A stretch of DNA of 64,000 nucleotides, from the NCBI GenBank assembly GCA_965237675.1, contig OZ250150.1:3552001-3616000 (forward strand), in the 5' to 3' direction. Under the pieces are notes generated by a model that had not been told where the DNA came from, made no database searches, and was given only the letters and a program-made list of their open reading frames with translations. The position numbers and the translations under genes were made by a program. Below are positions 10,242-20,399 of the stretch, piece by piece (the stretch's first letter is position 1; the number at the start of each line of letters is the position of its first letter). This DNA comes from Candidatus Latescibacterota bacterium. GTDB taxonomy: Bacteria > Latescibacterota > UBA2968 > GCA-2709665.

Positions 10242-11111
10242 TTACCCGATGGACGGTACTTTGATTTTCTTTTTCTGGGCGATGGATTTTTCCATCGCTT
10301 CCAGTACGGCAACCGGCTTCAGCATGGACTCGCGCGTTTCGTCGGTGATACCGGTTTTAAACATGCCGCAGAAGGCTTCTGCGCCACCCAGATAAGGATT
10401 GTCGTCATAGCGGATGGTGCGGTCGACGCGTCCTTTTTCGCAGATGACAGACACGTGAAAGGCGGTGTGACCTTCGGCGAAAAGATTGAGTGTGGAGATG
10501 GCTCCGCTTGAGGAGTAAAGCGTGCCGGTATGATTCTTTTTACCCCGGTTGACCTCCGCGTGGGTAATGTCGTTGTCAAGCAGACGCACGACCATGTCGA
10601 CCTGGTGGATGCCATAGAAGAAGACGCCGCTCCACCTGGATTTGATATCGCACGGACCGGTCGTGACCACGGAGACAACCCGACCCAACTCACCGATCTC
10701 TTTTTTGAGTTGGCTGAAGGACTTCTGTTTGGGTAGCACCGAGAAGGAGCAGACAGGCACCCCGAGTTCCGCCGCACGGTCCAGGAAACGCTTGCCCTCC
10801 GAGACGCGATAGCAGAACGGTTTGTCCACAAATACGGGGATTCCGGCTTCTATTAACGGCCAGACCGCGGGCAGGTGGTATTTCGCGTCGCGATGGTCCA
10901 CGCATGCGGCGTCGACCTGACCGATCATATCTTCGGGGTTCCTGACGATATTGGGAATCTGTCCACGATCCTGGGCGTCTTTGGCGTACCGGGCGGCTTC
11001 GCCCCATACATGGGTGACGCGGCAGCCCGGTACTTTTTTGTCGATGTTCAACGTTTTCGAAATGGCGACGGTGTGGCTGTTCTCCGCGCCGACGATTCCG
11101 ATATTGAGCAT
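10242..11111 (-). CDS. Gfo/Idh/MocA-family oxidoreductase
   Basis: MLNIGIVG Rossmann start, VFVDKPF, FFYGIH; AGGAGG RBS before ATG 11111. Confidence 0.8.
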   Translation of the reverse strand: MLNIGIVGAENSHTVAISKTLNIDKKVPGCRVTHVWGEAARYAKDAQDRGQIPNIVRNPEDMIGQVDAACVDHRDAKYHLPAVWPLIEAGIPVFVDKPFCYRVSEGKRFLDRAAELGVPVCSFSVLPKQKSFSQLKKEIGELGRVVSVVTTGPCDIKSRWSGVFFYGIHQVDMVVRLLDNDITHAEVNRGKKNHTGTLYSSSGAISTLNLFAEGHTAFHVSVICEKGRVDRTIRYDDNPYLGGAEAFCGMFKTGITDETRESMLKPVAVLEAMEKSIAQKKKIKVPSIG

Positions 11112-11181
11112 ACGGGTCCTCCTGGGTTGGAATTGAGCTTGCGGCCGTGCGAAGACCGCTGGGGGTTTTTTGGGCAGCTTC

Positions 11182-12381
11182 TCAAGGCCTGGCGGGTGAG
11201 CCATCGGGCAGGCGGGTCTGCGTCCAGCCGATAATCTCATCCTGACAGGGGTGCTTCGAGGCGAGGTCCTCATTAATGTCGATTCCGAGGCCCGCCCGGT
11301 CGTTGGGATACATGTAACCGTCTTTGACTTCAGGCGTGCCCGGAAAGATTTCGTAGACGAGTTCGTTGAAACGGCACCACTCCTGGATGCCGAAGTTGGG
11401 CGCCCAGAGATCCAGGTGCAGGTTGGCGGCGTGGCCGACGGGCGAAACGTCGCCGGGACCGTGCCAGGCGGTGCGAATGCCGTACATGCCGGCAAAAACA
11501 GCCACATTGCGGGCGGGTGTCAGGCCACCCATCTGGCTGATGTGCATTCGGATAAAGTCAATCAGCCGATCCTGGATGAGTGGGGTCCACTCCCGCGGGT
11601 GGTTGAAGAGTTCCCCCATGGCGATGGGCGTGGCGCATTGACGCCGGATGTTGCGGAACCATTCCAGATCTTCCGGGGCGAGCGGATCCTCGAGGAAGAA
11701 CAGCTTGAAGGGTTCCGCATTTTTCGCGAACTGGACCGCATCTATCGGGACGAGACGTTCGTGTATGTCGTGGAGGAGTTCAATATGCGGGGCGGTGTTT
11801 GCACGGACATGCCCGATCATGTCGAGGATCCCGCGGGCGTATTCCCGTGGGTCATAATACGCACCCTCCTGTGCACCGTCCGGGCTGCGCATCCGGGATG
11901 TCCTGCCGCCGTACCCGCCCATCTGAACGCGAATGTGCTGGTAGCCATGTTCATGAAATTTCAGGACGTTGTCGAGGACTTCGTTTTTGTCTCGACCGTC
12001 GGCGTGTGCGTAACAGGCTGCGGCTTCGCGGCATTTGCCGCCAAGGAGCTGATAGACGGGCATGCCCGCGCGCTTGCCCTTGATGTCCCACAGCGCGATA
12101 TCGACGCCCGAAATCGCGTTGTTGAGTACCGGGCCGTTGCGCCAGTATCCGTTGACCATACACATCTGCCAGATGTCTTCGATTCGGTCGACGTCACGTC
12201 CGATGAGGAAGGGTTTGAGGTGTTTTTCAAGGGCGGTGCGGACCGCACGGAAACGCTGGGTGAATGTGGCGCAGCCGAGGCCGTAGAGACCGGGTTCGGA
12301 TGTGAGGACTTTGACCACGATGAGGCGTGATCCGGCCGGCTGGGTGAGGATGGTTCTGACGTCGCGGATGGTGACGGGCAC
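11182..12381 (-). CDS. Enolase-superfamily acid-sugar dehydratase (mannonate dehydratase/RspA-like)
   Basis: YWRNGPV, DIALWDIKGK, LLHDIHERL, FLEDP, AMGELF and HGPGDVSPVG motifs. Confidence 0.9.
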   Translation of the reverse strand: MPVTIRDVRTILTQPAGSRLIVVKVLTSEPGLYGLGCATFTQRFRAVRTALEKHLKPFLIGRDVDRIEDIWQMCMVNGYWRNGPVLNNAISGVDIALWDIKGKRAGMPVYQLLGGKCREAAACYAHADGRDKNEVLDNVLKFHEHGYQHIRVQMGGYGGRTSRMRSPDGAQEGAYYDPREYARGILDMIGHVRANTAPHIELLHDIHERLVPIDAVQFAKNAEPFKLFFLEDPLAPEDLEWFRNIRRQCATPIAMGELFNHPREWTPLIQDRLIDFIRMHISQMGGLTPARNVAVFAGMYGIRTAWHGPGDVSPVGHAANLHLDLWAPNFGIQEWCRFNELVYEIFPGTPEVKDGYMYPNDRAGLGIDINEDLASKHPCQDEIIGWTQTRLPDGSPARP

Positions 12382-12540
12382 GGGCGACTCCCGGACGAGA
12401 CAACGGTTGCGTAGGCGGCGCGATCCCAGTCTACTTTAATAAGGCCTGTCCGGCGAAATGTCCACGGATATTTTCAGGGGTGATCCGTGGGGGCCGTATT
12501 CCGGTCGCCGATCAGCCGCGAATCGGAAAATGGACGGGGT

Positions 12541-13845
12541 CTAAAGCCGTCCTTCTTTCTGAAGAATATCTCCGGCGATGGCATAGGTCGTCCCGTGCAT
12601 GCCGATCACCACGAGGCCGATGCCTTCGGCCAGGTAACCGCCGGGGTACATGTTGGGAATGGTCGTGGATTCGTAATTGTGCGGATGTATGGGCAATTGA
12701 TTGAGCTGAAAACGATAGTTGTCGTATTTGTCCACCAGGGGCAGTTCGGGAAACCCCTCGAGGAGGGAGTAATCCGCGATGCCGCCGATTTCCACGATGA
12801 CATGGTCGATTTCCAGGGTCTCCCGGTTATTCCTGCAGGCAAGGGTGGCGAGGCCGCCGGACGTGCCCTGCTCGAAACTGACGATTCGGGTTTCATACCG
12901 GGTATTCAGCCGGGGGGACCGTCTTTCCATGATATCGGCAATGCGCGCGTAATAAGGAAGGCCGTAACGGCTGTCGGAAATGAGGCGCCAATGACGATCG
13001 AAGCGCTGGCGCATGACGTATTCTACATGTTTACCCGCGTCGTGCAGTTCGGTTGCCGCCCAGTCCGCGGATCGGCCGCCGCCCACAACGAGGATGCGTT
13101 CGCCGGTATAATCTTCCGGTTGGTCGTATCCGGAAGAAACGAACGGGAGGTGTTCGCCGGGAACATCAAGCTCGCGCAGGATGCAGCGCTGCCCGACCGC
13201 GTATACGAGGTATTTGCAGGTGTAACGCCGGACCGTATCCGTGTCGACTTCGCAGCATGTGAGCATGAAACCCTCGTTGTGCGGCTGGATGAGCGTGACT
13301 CGCTCGTATGTGCGGATGTGGTCGGCGACTTCGAAGCGGTCAGGGACGGCGTGGTAGTAATCGATGAGGTGATGTTTGGCGATTAAGGCGTTGACATCCA
13401 GGTCGATCTGGTTTTCGCGGCAATGGCGGTCGAGCGGATAGAAGGCGAATTCCATCCACTGCCCGGGAGAGAGCGTGAGCATGTTCTTAGGTACATTGTT
13501 CCAGACCCCGCCTACTTTCTCCTGGGTAATCAGCAATACGTCGACCGGTTCGCGTCTGTGGAATTCCATAGCGATTTCATCCAGCCCGCGGTATTTCTGT
13601 CCCGGATGGTGTAGAAGGCGAAACAGGTCCACCGGACGGATGCCGGCGTCCACGACAGCTCTGAAATCCAGCCCAAGCAACGTGCCGTTCGCGCCACGAA
13701 GGTAGCGGTCGACGGGCGCGTACCGATCGCGGAAGAGCGCCCCGCCGCGGTAATGCGGATGCCATCCGCCGAGCACGACGGCCAATGGCAGACCCGCCGG
13801 CCCCCCGCCCACGATGATGACGGTATGGTGTTCGGGTGTGACCAT
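12541..13845 (-). CDS. FAD/NAD(P)-dependent oxidoreductase resembling the OSGIN1/2 family
   Basis: Two Rossmann motifs (GGGPAG; VGGGRSAD); GGVWNNVPKNMLTLSPGQWM segment. Confidence 0.75.
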   Translation of the reverse strand: MVTPEHHTVIIVGGGPAGLPLAVVLGGWHPHYRGGALFRDRYAPVDRYLRGANGTLLGLDFRAVVDAGIRPVDLFRLLHHPGQKYRGLDEIAMEFHRREPVDVLLITQEKVGGVWNNVPKNMLTLSPGQWMEFAFYPLDRHCRENQIDLDVNALIAKHHLIDYYHAVPDRFEVADHIRTYERVTLIQPHNEGFMLTCCEVDTDTVRRYTCKYLVYAVGQRCILRELDVPGEHLPFVSSGYDQPEDYTGERILVVGGGRSADWAATELHDAGKHVEYVMRQRFDRHWRLISDSRYGLPYYARIADIMERRSPRLNTRYETRIVSFEQGTSGGLATLACRNNRETLEIDHVIVEIGGIADYSLLEGFPELPLVDKYDNYRFQLNQLPIHPHNYESTTIPNMYPGGYLAEGIGLVVIGMHGTTYAIAGDILQKEGRL

Positions 13846-14120
13846 GAAATTCCCGGAACCGCCGTTGGCTCACCTGGCGCGGCGAGATGTCGGTTGCCGC
13901 ACACCCTTAAAGGGTGAAACAATCGACCTCCGGCGGTACGTAATCCACACGGGAAGCGGTCGGCCCGCTGCGTGCGAGGGCCGGACGTAAACCTGCGGGG
14001 TTGACCTTGACTTCAGCCGTTGAATAGCGTATGATGGAGCTTCTGATATCGAGGCTACAAAGTAGATCTGACGCCCCGGAGAGTCAAGCCAAATATCATC
14101 AATTAAAACGGGAGAAGCCG

Positions 14121-15488
14121 GTGTCCGACACACATCAACTGGATGTTGGGGAAATTCGGGCGCAGGACCGCGCGCACGTGTGGCACCCGATGGTGCAGCA
14201 CCGGTCTCTGGAGCACCTGGATCTGATGGTGGTCCACAAAGGGAAGGGAACAAGGGTGGTGGACGCCGAGGGTCGGGAGTACCTGGATGCGTACGCGGGA
14301 CTCTGGAATGTCAACGTGGGGTACGGCCGCCAGGAGATTGCCGCGGCCGTGTACGAGCAGATGTTGCAGCTTTCGTACTATCCACACCTCCAGGTGAATC
14401 TGCCTGCGGCAAAACTGGCATCCAGACTGGCGGACATGCTGCCCGGAGATCTGAACCATCTGTTTTTCTGCAACAGCGGTTCGGAGGCGAACGAGACGGC
14501 GTTGAAGATTGCGCGGCAGTACGGCCGGCAGAAATTTCCGGGCCAGAACCGGTACAAGGTGATCGCGCGATACCAGGGTTACCATGGGTTTACATTTGGT
14601 GCTATGTCGGCAACGGGACAGGTTGCGAGGCGGGCCAAGTTCGAACCCCTGATGCCGGGGTTCTTCCACGTGGACCCTCCCTACTGTTATCGCTGCCCGT
14701 TGAAACTGACCTATCCCGACTGCGGCGTGGCGTGCGTGGACGAGGTCGAAGAGGTCATTGTCCGGGAGGATCCGGCAACGGTAGTTGCGGTCATCGCCGA
14801 ACCGATTATCGGCGGCGGCGGCGTGATCATCCCGCCGGACGAGTACCTTCCCCGCCTGCGTGAGATCTGCGACCGGTATGGCGTGCTTTTGATTCTTGAC
14901 GAAGTGATTACGGGGTTTGGCCGTACAGGCAAACTGTTCGCGTCGGAACACTGGGATGTGGTTCCGGACGTGATGACCATGGCCAAAGGGGTGTCCAGCG
15001 GATACCTCCCCCTCGGGGCATGCGCGGTGACGTCGGAGGTGTTCGAAACATTTAAGGGCGAGCCCGGCGAAGAGCGGGAATTCTCCTCGGTGGCCACCTA
15101 TGGCGGGCACCCGGTTTGTTGCGCTGCGGCCCTGGCGAATCTGGACATTCTGGTGGCCGAAAGATTGTGGGAGAATTCAGCGGAGGTGGGCGCGTACCTT
15201 CTGGACGAATTGAGAGGGCTGGATTCACCGTTCGTCGGCGATGTGCGAGGCAAGGGGCTGATGATCGCCGTGGAACTCACCGCGGAGAATGGCGCCATGG
15301 TCGATGCCGCGCGGGTTGCTGCCGTGCAGGCGGGCATTATGGAACACGGCGTGATCGTGGGGCGCATGAGCCACGTGATGGCCGGGCCGGAAAGCATTTT
15401 CTTTCTGGCGCCGCCCCTGATACTGACCCGGAAAGAAGCGGATCGAATTGTGTCGGCGTTCTATGCGGGGCTCAAGCGCATCTCCTGA
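14121..15488 (+). CDS. Class III PLP-dependent aminotransferase
   Basis: GLWNVNVGYG, SGSEANE, YHG, DEVITGFGRTG and MAKG (PLP lysine); GTG start after GGAG. Confidence 0.92.
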   Translation: MSDTHQLDVGEIRAQDRAHVWHPMVQHRSLEHLDLMVVHKGKGTRVVDAEGREYLDAYAGLWNVNVGYGRQEIAAAVYEQMLQLSYYPHLQVNLPAAKLASRLADMLPGDLNHLFFCNSGSEANETALKIARQYGRQKFPGQNRYKVIARYQGYHGFTFGAMSATGQVARRAKFEPLMPGFFHVDPPYCYRCPLKLTYPDCGVACVDEVEEVIVREDPATVVAVIAEPIIGGGGVIIPPDEYLPRLREICDRYGVLLILDEVITGFGRTGKLFASEHWDVVPDVMTMAKGVSSGYLPLGACAVTSEVFETFKGEPGEEREFSSVATYGGHPVCCAAALANLDILVAERLWENSAEVGAYLLDELRGLDSPFVGDVRGKGLMIAVELTAENGAMVDAARVAAVQAGIMEHGVIVGRMSHVMAGPESIFFLAPPLILTRKEADRIVSAFYAGLKRIS

Positions 15489-15499
15489 CAGAGGACGTT

Positions 15500-15658
15500 G
15501 TGGCGAACGGCTACGGAACATCCGAACTATCGAGCGGGAAGACAGGCGCACGTATTGATGCATTGATGGAGGTGACGCATGAACTCCTCGCCCTGGAGGA
15601 CCGGGATGCGGAAAAGATCCCGGGTCTGGCGACGCTGCTTATGAAAGCACTATCGTAG
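15500..15658 (+). CDS. Small hypothetical protein (52 aa)
   Basis: GTG start after GAGGA; fills the gap between flanking same-strand genes. Confidence 0.4.
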   Translation: MANGYGTSELSSGKTGARIDALMEVTHELLALEDRDAEKIPGLATLLMKALS

Positions 15659-15665
15659 AGCGTAT

Positions 15666-17225
15666 ATGCAGTGTTTCTACCGACATTACCTCGCCCTTCG
15701 GAAGGAGATGGAAGCCTGGTTGTCGCAGAGCCGGAGGATGGACCCGCCGGGCCGGCACGGCGGGGGAGAGGATGAAGCGAACTATGCCCTGGCCTGGTTT
15801 CCGCACTTTCTGGTCACGGGCAGTTCAGCAGTTGTGGAACATTTTGAGCATCTCCGGGATCGCCTTGCGGGTTGGGTCCAACGGGAATGTCTGCACGGCT
15901 ACGAGCCGGAGGCCGAGGCGCATCATGGTACCGAACCGTTTCTGCTTTTCCTCCCGCGCTACCTGGGTCTTTTTCCGGAAGATCGGGTGGCAACGGGACT
16001 ACTCGCCGATGCGGCGGAACATATCGGGAACTGGGTCAAGGGGATTCCGGCGTGGTTCGACTGGGAGCGGAATCGGTTCTACGGATACCACATCGGAACC
16101 CGAACCGTGGGGCGGGATCCGGAGCACGCGGTGGAACTGGCGGAGCATTTTCGGTTCATTCATATCTCCCTGGCGGCTTTCCGTGTGCTGAACGACGAGC
16201 GGTATCTGGATTGGGCGTTGCGATACGGCCGGCGTCGCGCGGAGATGATCGTGGCAGCGCCGACAGGACCCGTGCCGGTGATGTGGGGGCCGGATGGCCA
16301 GCCGATCAGCGAAGGCGGTTACACGGAATCGCAGCGCAGGATGAGTGGCGCCAGCCATCATGTACGGGGGGATCCGTCCGTGGGCGTGGAGGTGCTTCTC
16401 GCCTCGGGCGCTGTCTACGCGCTGGGGGATCTGTACCTTCTTTCCGGGGAGCATGTATTTCGTGACGCGGCATTTCGGATCGTTGAGACGCTTGTCGACA
16501 TGCTACGTGACCCCTATGGCGATCCGGGCGCGGTTGCTGTCTCCTATTATCGTGGCACATTTGGCGATGATACCCTGGATGGCCGTATCCGTGAGATGGT
16601 TGTGCAGATCCCGGACGAGGAAGCCGGTGAACTCGTGTTGATGGTGCCCGAGATTCCGAGGATGGTCTTTTCCGGCGTCGGAAAACGGGCGGATATGGTG
16701 TACTGGGGTGTGCAGGCAGACGGCATGGAACTGGTTGCACCCACGCGCGAGCTCTGTACGGCCTCGTTGACGTTGGCCTACCAGATTACCGGCGATGTTT
16801 CTTTTGCATCGCGGGCGTTGAGGCAGGCGTCCAGAAAGTTACGGGTGGCGCGGCGCGTCTTGAGGGGAGGTCGGGAGCACGCGGACATGGGCGGGGCGGT
16901 CTGCTCCGTGGCGGCCGGCCACGGGCGAAATTGGGGTTCGGGAACGGTGACCGGATGTTACGGGCCTCTCTTGCTGGGTACCAGAGAACGCCTGAGCGCC
17001 GTGATCCCTGTGGTGGAGTTTCGCCGGTCGGACGGTGCGTACGGTTTGCCGGAACAGGTCGTTTCGCTGGTCATCCCGCCGGGGCCGGCGGAGGGGAGCG
17101 TTCGAATTCACAACGGCGGTGACACGGATGTAACCGTTTCCTGGAGGCAGCCGGAAGCGGCGTGGCAGGATGTTACGCTGCCGCCCGGCGGCGAGACAAA
17201 GGCGGTGCTGGAGGAGGATACGTGA
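15666..17225 (+). CDS. Hypothetical protein (519 aa), possibly an alpha/alpha-toroid enzyme
   Basis: Long ORF whose TGA overlaps the next ATG; helical repeats such as LNDERYLDWA and YQITGDVSF. Confidence 0.7.
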   Translation: MQCFYRHYLALRKEMEAWLSQSRRMDPPGRHGGGEDEANYALAWFPHFLVTGSSAVVEHFEHLRDRLAGWVQRECLHGYEPEAEAHHGTEPFLLFLPRYLGLFPEDRVATGLLADAAEHIGNWVKGIPAWFDWERNRFYGYHIGTRTVGRDPEHAVELAEHFRFIHISLAAFRVLNDERYLDWALRYGRRRAEMIVAAPTGPVPVMWGPDGQPISEGGYTESQRRMSGASHHVRGDPSVGVEVLLASGAVYALGDLYLLSGEHVFRDAAFRIVETLVDMLRDPYGDPGAVAVSYYRGTFGDDTLDGRIREMVVQIPDEEAGELVLMVPEIPRMVFSGVGKRADMVYWGVQADGMELVAPTRELCTASLTLAYQITGDVSFASRALRQASRKLRVARRVLRGGREHADMGGAVCSVAAGHGRNWGSGTVTGCYGPLLLGTRERLSAVIPVVEFRRSDGAYGLPEQVVSLVIPPGPAEGSVRIHNGGDTDVTVSWRQPEAAWQDVTLPPGGETKAVLEEDT

Positions 17226-18205
17226 TGAAATACCGCACGCTTGGACAAACCGGACTGGAGGTTTCTGAAATCGGGTTGGGCGCATTTCCGATATCCGGGA
17301 TGCAGCGGCAGGCGGATGGCAAGCGGTTCGGATGGACCGGAACAGAGGATTCCGAGTCGATTGCGCTGATTCATCGGTGCGAGGAACTCGGGATCAATCT
17401 GATTGATTCCGCTGAGAGTTATGGCGAGGGGCACAGCGAAGTCCTGGTGGGAGAGGCCCTTCGGGGCCGGAGAGACAGGTGGGTCGTGGCATCCAAGGTC
17501 CAGCCGAACGCGGGGATTGACTCCGGTACGCGGGATGAGTTGGCCGTGCGGATCAGGATTACAGAGGCGTGTGAGCGAAGCCTGGATCGGATGGGAATGG
17601 AGTACATCGACATCTACCAGTTGCACGCCATTCCCTACGACTGGGCGATGCCGGCGGTAATGGATGCGCTCGCGAGGCTCCGACAGGCGGGGAAGGTGCG
17701 GTGGTACGGAATTTCGACCAACGACCGGCGAGCGGTCGATAAGCTCCGGTCACTGGGTCCAATTCATATGTTGCAGGTCGGCTATAATCTCCTGGAACGC
17801 ACGGCGGACGGGTTTCTACACTGGGCGAAGGCCGAGGATATCGGCACGTTGATTCGCGTGCCACTGGCAAAGGGGCAACTGACGGGCAAGTATTTCGGCG
17901 CCGGGGCTGACGTCATCCCCGAAAACGACGTGCGATACGAACGCTTCAATAAACCGGAGACGGTCGATGGGCTCAAGCGGCTGCCGCAGCTGCTGTTCCT
18001 GCAAAACCGGCAACGAACCATGGCGCAGGGGGCGCTGCGTTTTGTGCTGGATCACCCGGGGGTGTCTTGCGTCATCGCCGGGGCCAAAAACCGGCGCCAG
18101 GTGGAGGAGAACGCCCGTACCGTAGAAATGCCGCCGTTGACCGATGCGGAGCTCCAACGGGCGATCCCGATCGCGGATACCATTGGTACGCCCGGCTGGA
18201 TCTGA
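17225..18205 (+). CDS. Aldo/keto reductase
   Basis: MKYRTLGQTGLEVSEIGLG, DSAESYG, IDIYQLH, YNLLE and PLAKGQL motifs. Confidence 0.92.
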   Translation: MKYRTLGQTGLEVSEIGLGAFPISGMQRQADGKRFGWTGTEDSESIALIHRCEELGINLIDSAESYGEGHSEVLVGEALRGRRDRWVVASKVQPNAGIDSGTRDELAVRIRITEACERSLDRMGMEYIDIYQLHAIPYDWAMPAVMDALARLRQAGKVRWYGISTNDRRAVDKLRSLGPIHMLQVGYNLLERTADGFLHWAKAEDIGTLIRVPLAKGQLTGKYFGAGADVIPENDVRYERFNKPETVDGLKRLPQLLFLQNRQRTMAQGALRFVLDHPGVSCVIAGAKNRRQVEENARTVEMPPLTDAELQRAIPIADTIGTPGWI

Positions 18206-18325
18206 TGTCAACATTCCCGGGCGAACCGGCCTTAACGGCATGCCGGTATACACAGAAGAACAATGGTGATTTGACGTAAAAGTTCCAGGATGCTTAAGGT
18301 CACTCGACGTGAACGGAGAAAACAT

Positions 18326-18383
18326 CCATTTGAACGACCTAAATGCCCCGTTTCTGAAGTTTTCGCCGTGGTGTCGCCCTGCT
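18326..18383 (+). repeat. Left copy of 58-bp direct repeat bounding the lower-GC island
   Basis: 53/58 identical to 23239-23296 by manual alignment. Confidence 0.85.
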
Positions 18384-19177
18384 GGTTTTTTTTATCCACC
18401 TCCACCATTCTCTTCCAACCCCCCACCGCCCGTGGGCTCCCCAACCTGTCTCGCTACGCTCGCCAGTTCGTATCAGCGATAAAACTCCTCGACAGCCTCC
18501 GCCACTGACTTTAGTTCAGCAAGGGCTTGAAATGCCTCGTGAGGAAATGCCGTGCCGTGCCCAGGGGATGGCAGAAAACTCCGGAGGGCGATTTCCCCAT
18601 GTGGGCCAGCGAAGTCTATGTTGTGGATCTCCGGTATTATAAGACTGATCCACCGTTGAGCCCTGAGGCAGAAAGTACGTGGTTGTTCTTTAGATATAGT
18701 AAACCAGAACGAATGGCTCCACGTCGAGTGCGATAAATCGTGTTTTGCTGAAAGGGACAGTAGATTACTACCGTCTCTTGCTATATATACGCTAATCAGT
18801 AGGGAACAAAATGCGCTGCTTCTTATTGATTTTCGTAATACTATACCCTTACCAAGCCCTCACCTGGGCAAATGAAATACAACCCTGCTCGGTGATTGAG
18901 TTTGACGATTATCCAGAAGTTGCCGCAAAACAGACCCTTAATTTGGATGTAGGTCCACCGCGCAAGGTTCGTTTGATCTATTTTCATTATAGAGATCGGC
19001 CTGTGCGCAGTCACGTAATTATTGGTATGCGCGAAACGATTCTAACCGCCCAGAGTCGTTTTGGTCAGCACATGCAAGCTCGACGTTTAGGGTATAAAAC
19101 CTTTGATATTGAACTTACAAATCAGAATGTACCACGTGTGTATATAGTAAAGAGTCAAGAATTGAGTTATCACTATA

Positions 19178-20399
19178 GTACCCATTGACGGCTAAAGCGC
19201 CGCGTAGTCTGGGTACAGCTTTCTCAGTTTGATCCGAGCATCGTTGGTCGTGAACCGCCAATGGACAGCCTTGCTTTTGTTGTTGCGATCGTTCGTCCAG
19301 GCGGAAATCTGCTCTTTGAGGGATTCAATATCGGGGATGCGTTCCTTCAAGCATTGGTTGCTCAAGACGCTGAGTTCGATCTCGGCGATGTTGAGCCAGC
19401 TCCCGTGTTTGGGCGTGTAGTGGATTTCGAGACGCTTGGCCAGACGGCGAGCTTCTTCGGGTGAGAACGCCTTGTAGAGTGCCGCGGGCGTGTGCGTGTT
19501 GAGGTTATCACACACCAAGACGACGGTTTCGGCTTCACGGTAGTGAGTATCAAGGAGATCCTTGATCTCTTGGGCCCAGTCCACCGCGGTCTTGCGTTGT
19601 CTTACACGGACCTTGCGCCAGCCCGCCAGCGGTTCGGTGAACATGAAGTTCACGGCGGTTCCGTTACGTTCATACTCGTAGTCGTAGCGTTCAGGTTTGC
19701 CCGGACGTGTTGCGATCACAGTACGCGTCTCCCTGACCAACTGGACCGGGTGTTCGTCCATATTGACAACGGGCCTCTTGGCGTCGTACGGCCGCTGATA
19801 GACGTCCAGGATATCCTCCATCGCGGCGACAAACGCGGCGTTTTGCTTGGGCGGAATCACCCAGCACGTTCTCAGGTGAGGCCTAAGTTTGTTTTTTTTA
19901 GCGTCCGCTGCACCGTTCGGTATGAGATGCTATCGATGATCTCCAGGGCCACGAGTTCATCGGCCAGCAGCTTCAGCGTCCACCGCTTATGTCCCTTTGG
20001 AGGTTCACTGCAAGCCAACGCGATCAATCGGGCTTCCTTAGCACCATCCAGCTTTCTTTCGGTGGGAGGATGGGCTCGCTTCTTTCGCTCAAGGGCCGAA
20101 TCCAGGCCCTCCAACACAAAACGCTTCCGGATGCCCTCAACCGTAGACCGATTGCACGAAAAGGCCTCCGCGATCTGCCGATCCAGCCAAGCCGGACCCT
20201 CTGCATCGGCCTTGAGAAGTACGTGGGCGTGCCTTATTCGGTAGGCTTGCGTCTTGCCTTTGCTTACCAGATCCTGCAGCCGCTCCCGTTCTTCGGGCGT
20301 CAGACGTACAACGTATTTCTTCGGCATGCCGATGGCTCCTTCGTCTTGAGGGGAGACATCAAACTATAGGCACGCGCAGTATTAGAAGTCAACAGGTAA
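19178..20399 (-). mobile_element. IS630-family insertion sequence
   Basis: TA duplication at 19176-19177 and 20400-20401; imperfect terminal IRs GTACCCATTGAC / GTCAACAGGTAA (9/12); split transposase. Confidence 0.92.
19192..20327 (-). CDS. IS630 transposase, two ORFs joined by a probable -1 frameshift
   Basis: HTH ORF 19872-20327 plus DDE ORF (MDE, CDNLNTH, GSWLNIAEIE). An A8 run (T8 at 19892-19899 on +) gives LKKNKLRPHLRTCWVIPP after a -1 shift. Confidence 0.88.

Noticed and set aside
9062-10312. 416-aa minus-strand ORF
   Set aside because: Antisense to the M19 dipeptidase; no recognisable family.
11251-12330. 359-aa plus-strand ORF
   Set aside because: Antisense shadow of the well-supported dehydratase; no motifs; common in GC-rich DNA.
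18527-18736. 69-aa ORF inside the island
   Set aside because: TTG start, no clear RBS and no recognisable motif.
19872-19900. IS630 transposase split as a pseudogene
   Set aside because: The break falls on an A8 slippery run typical of programmed frameshifting in IS630.
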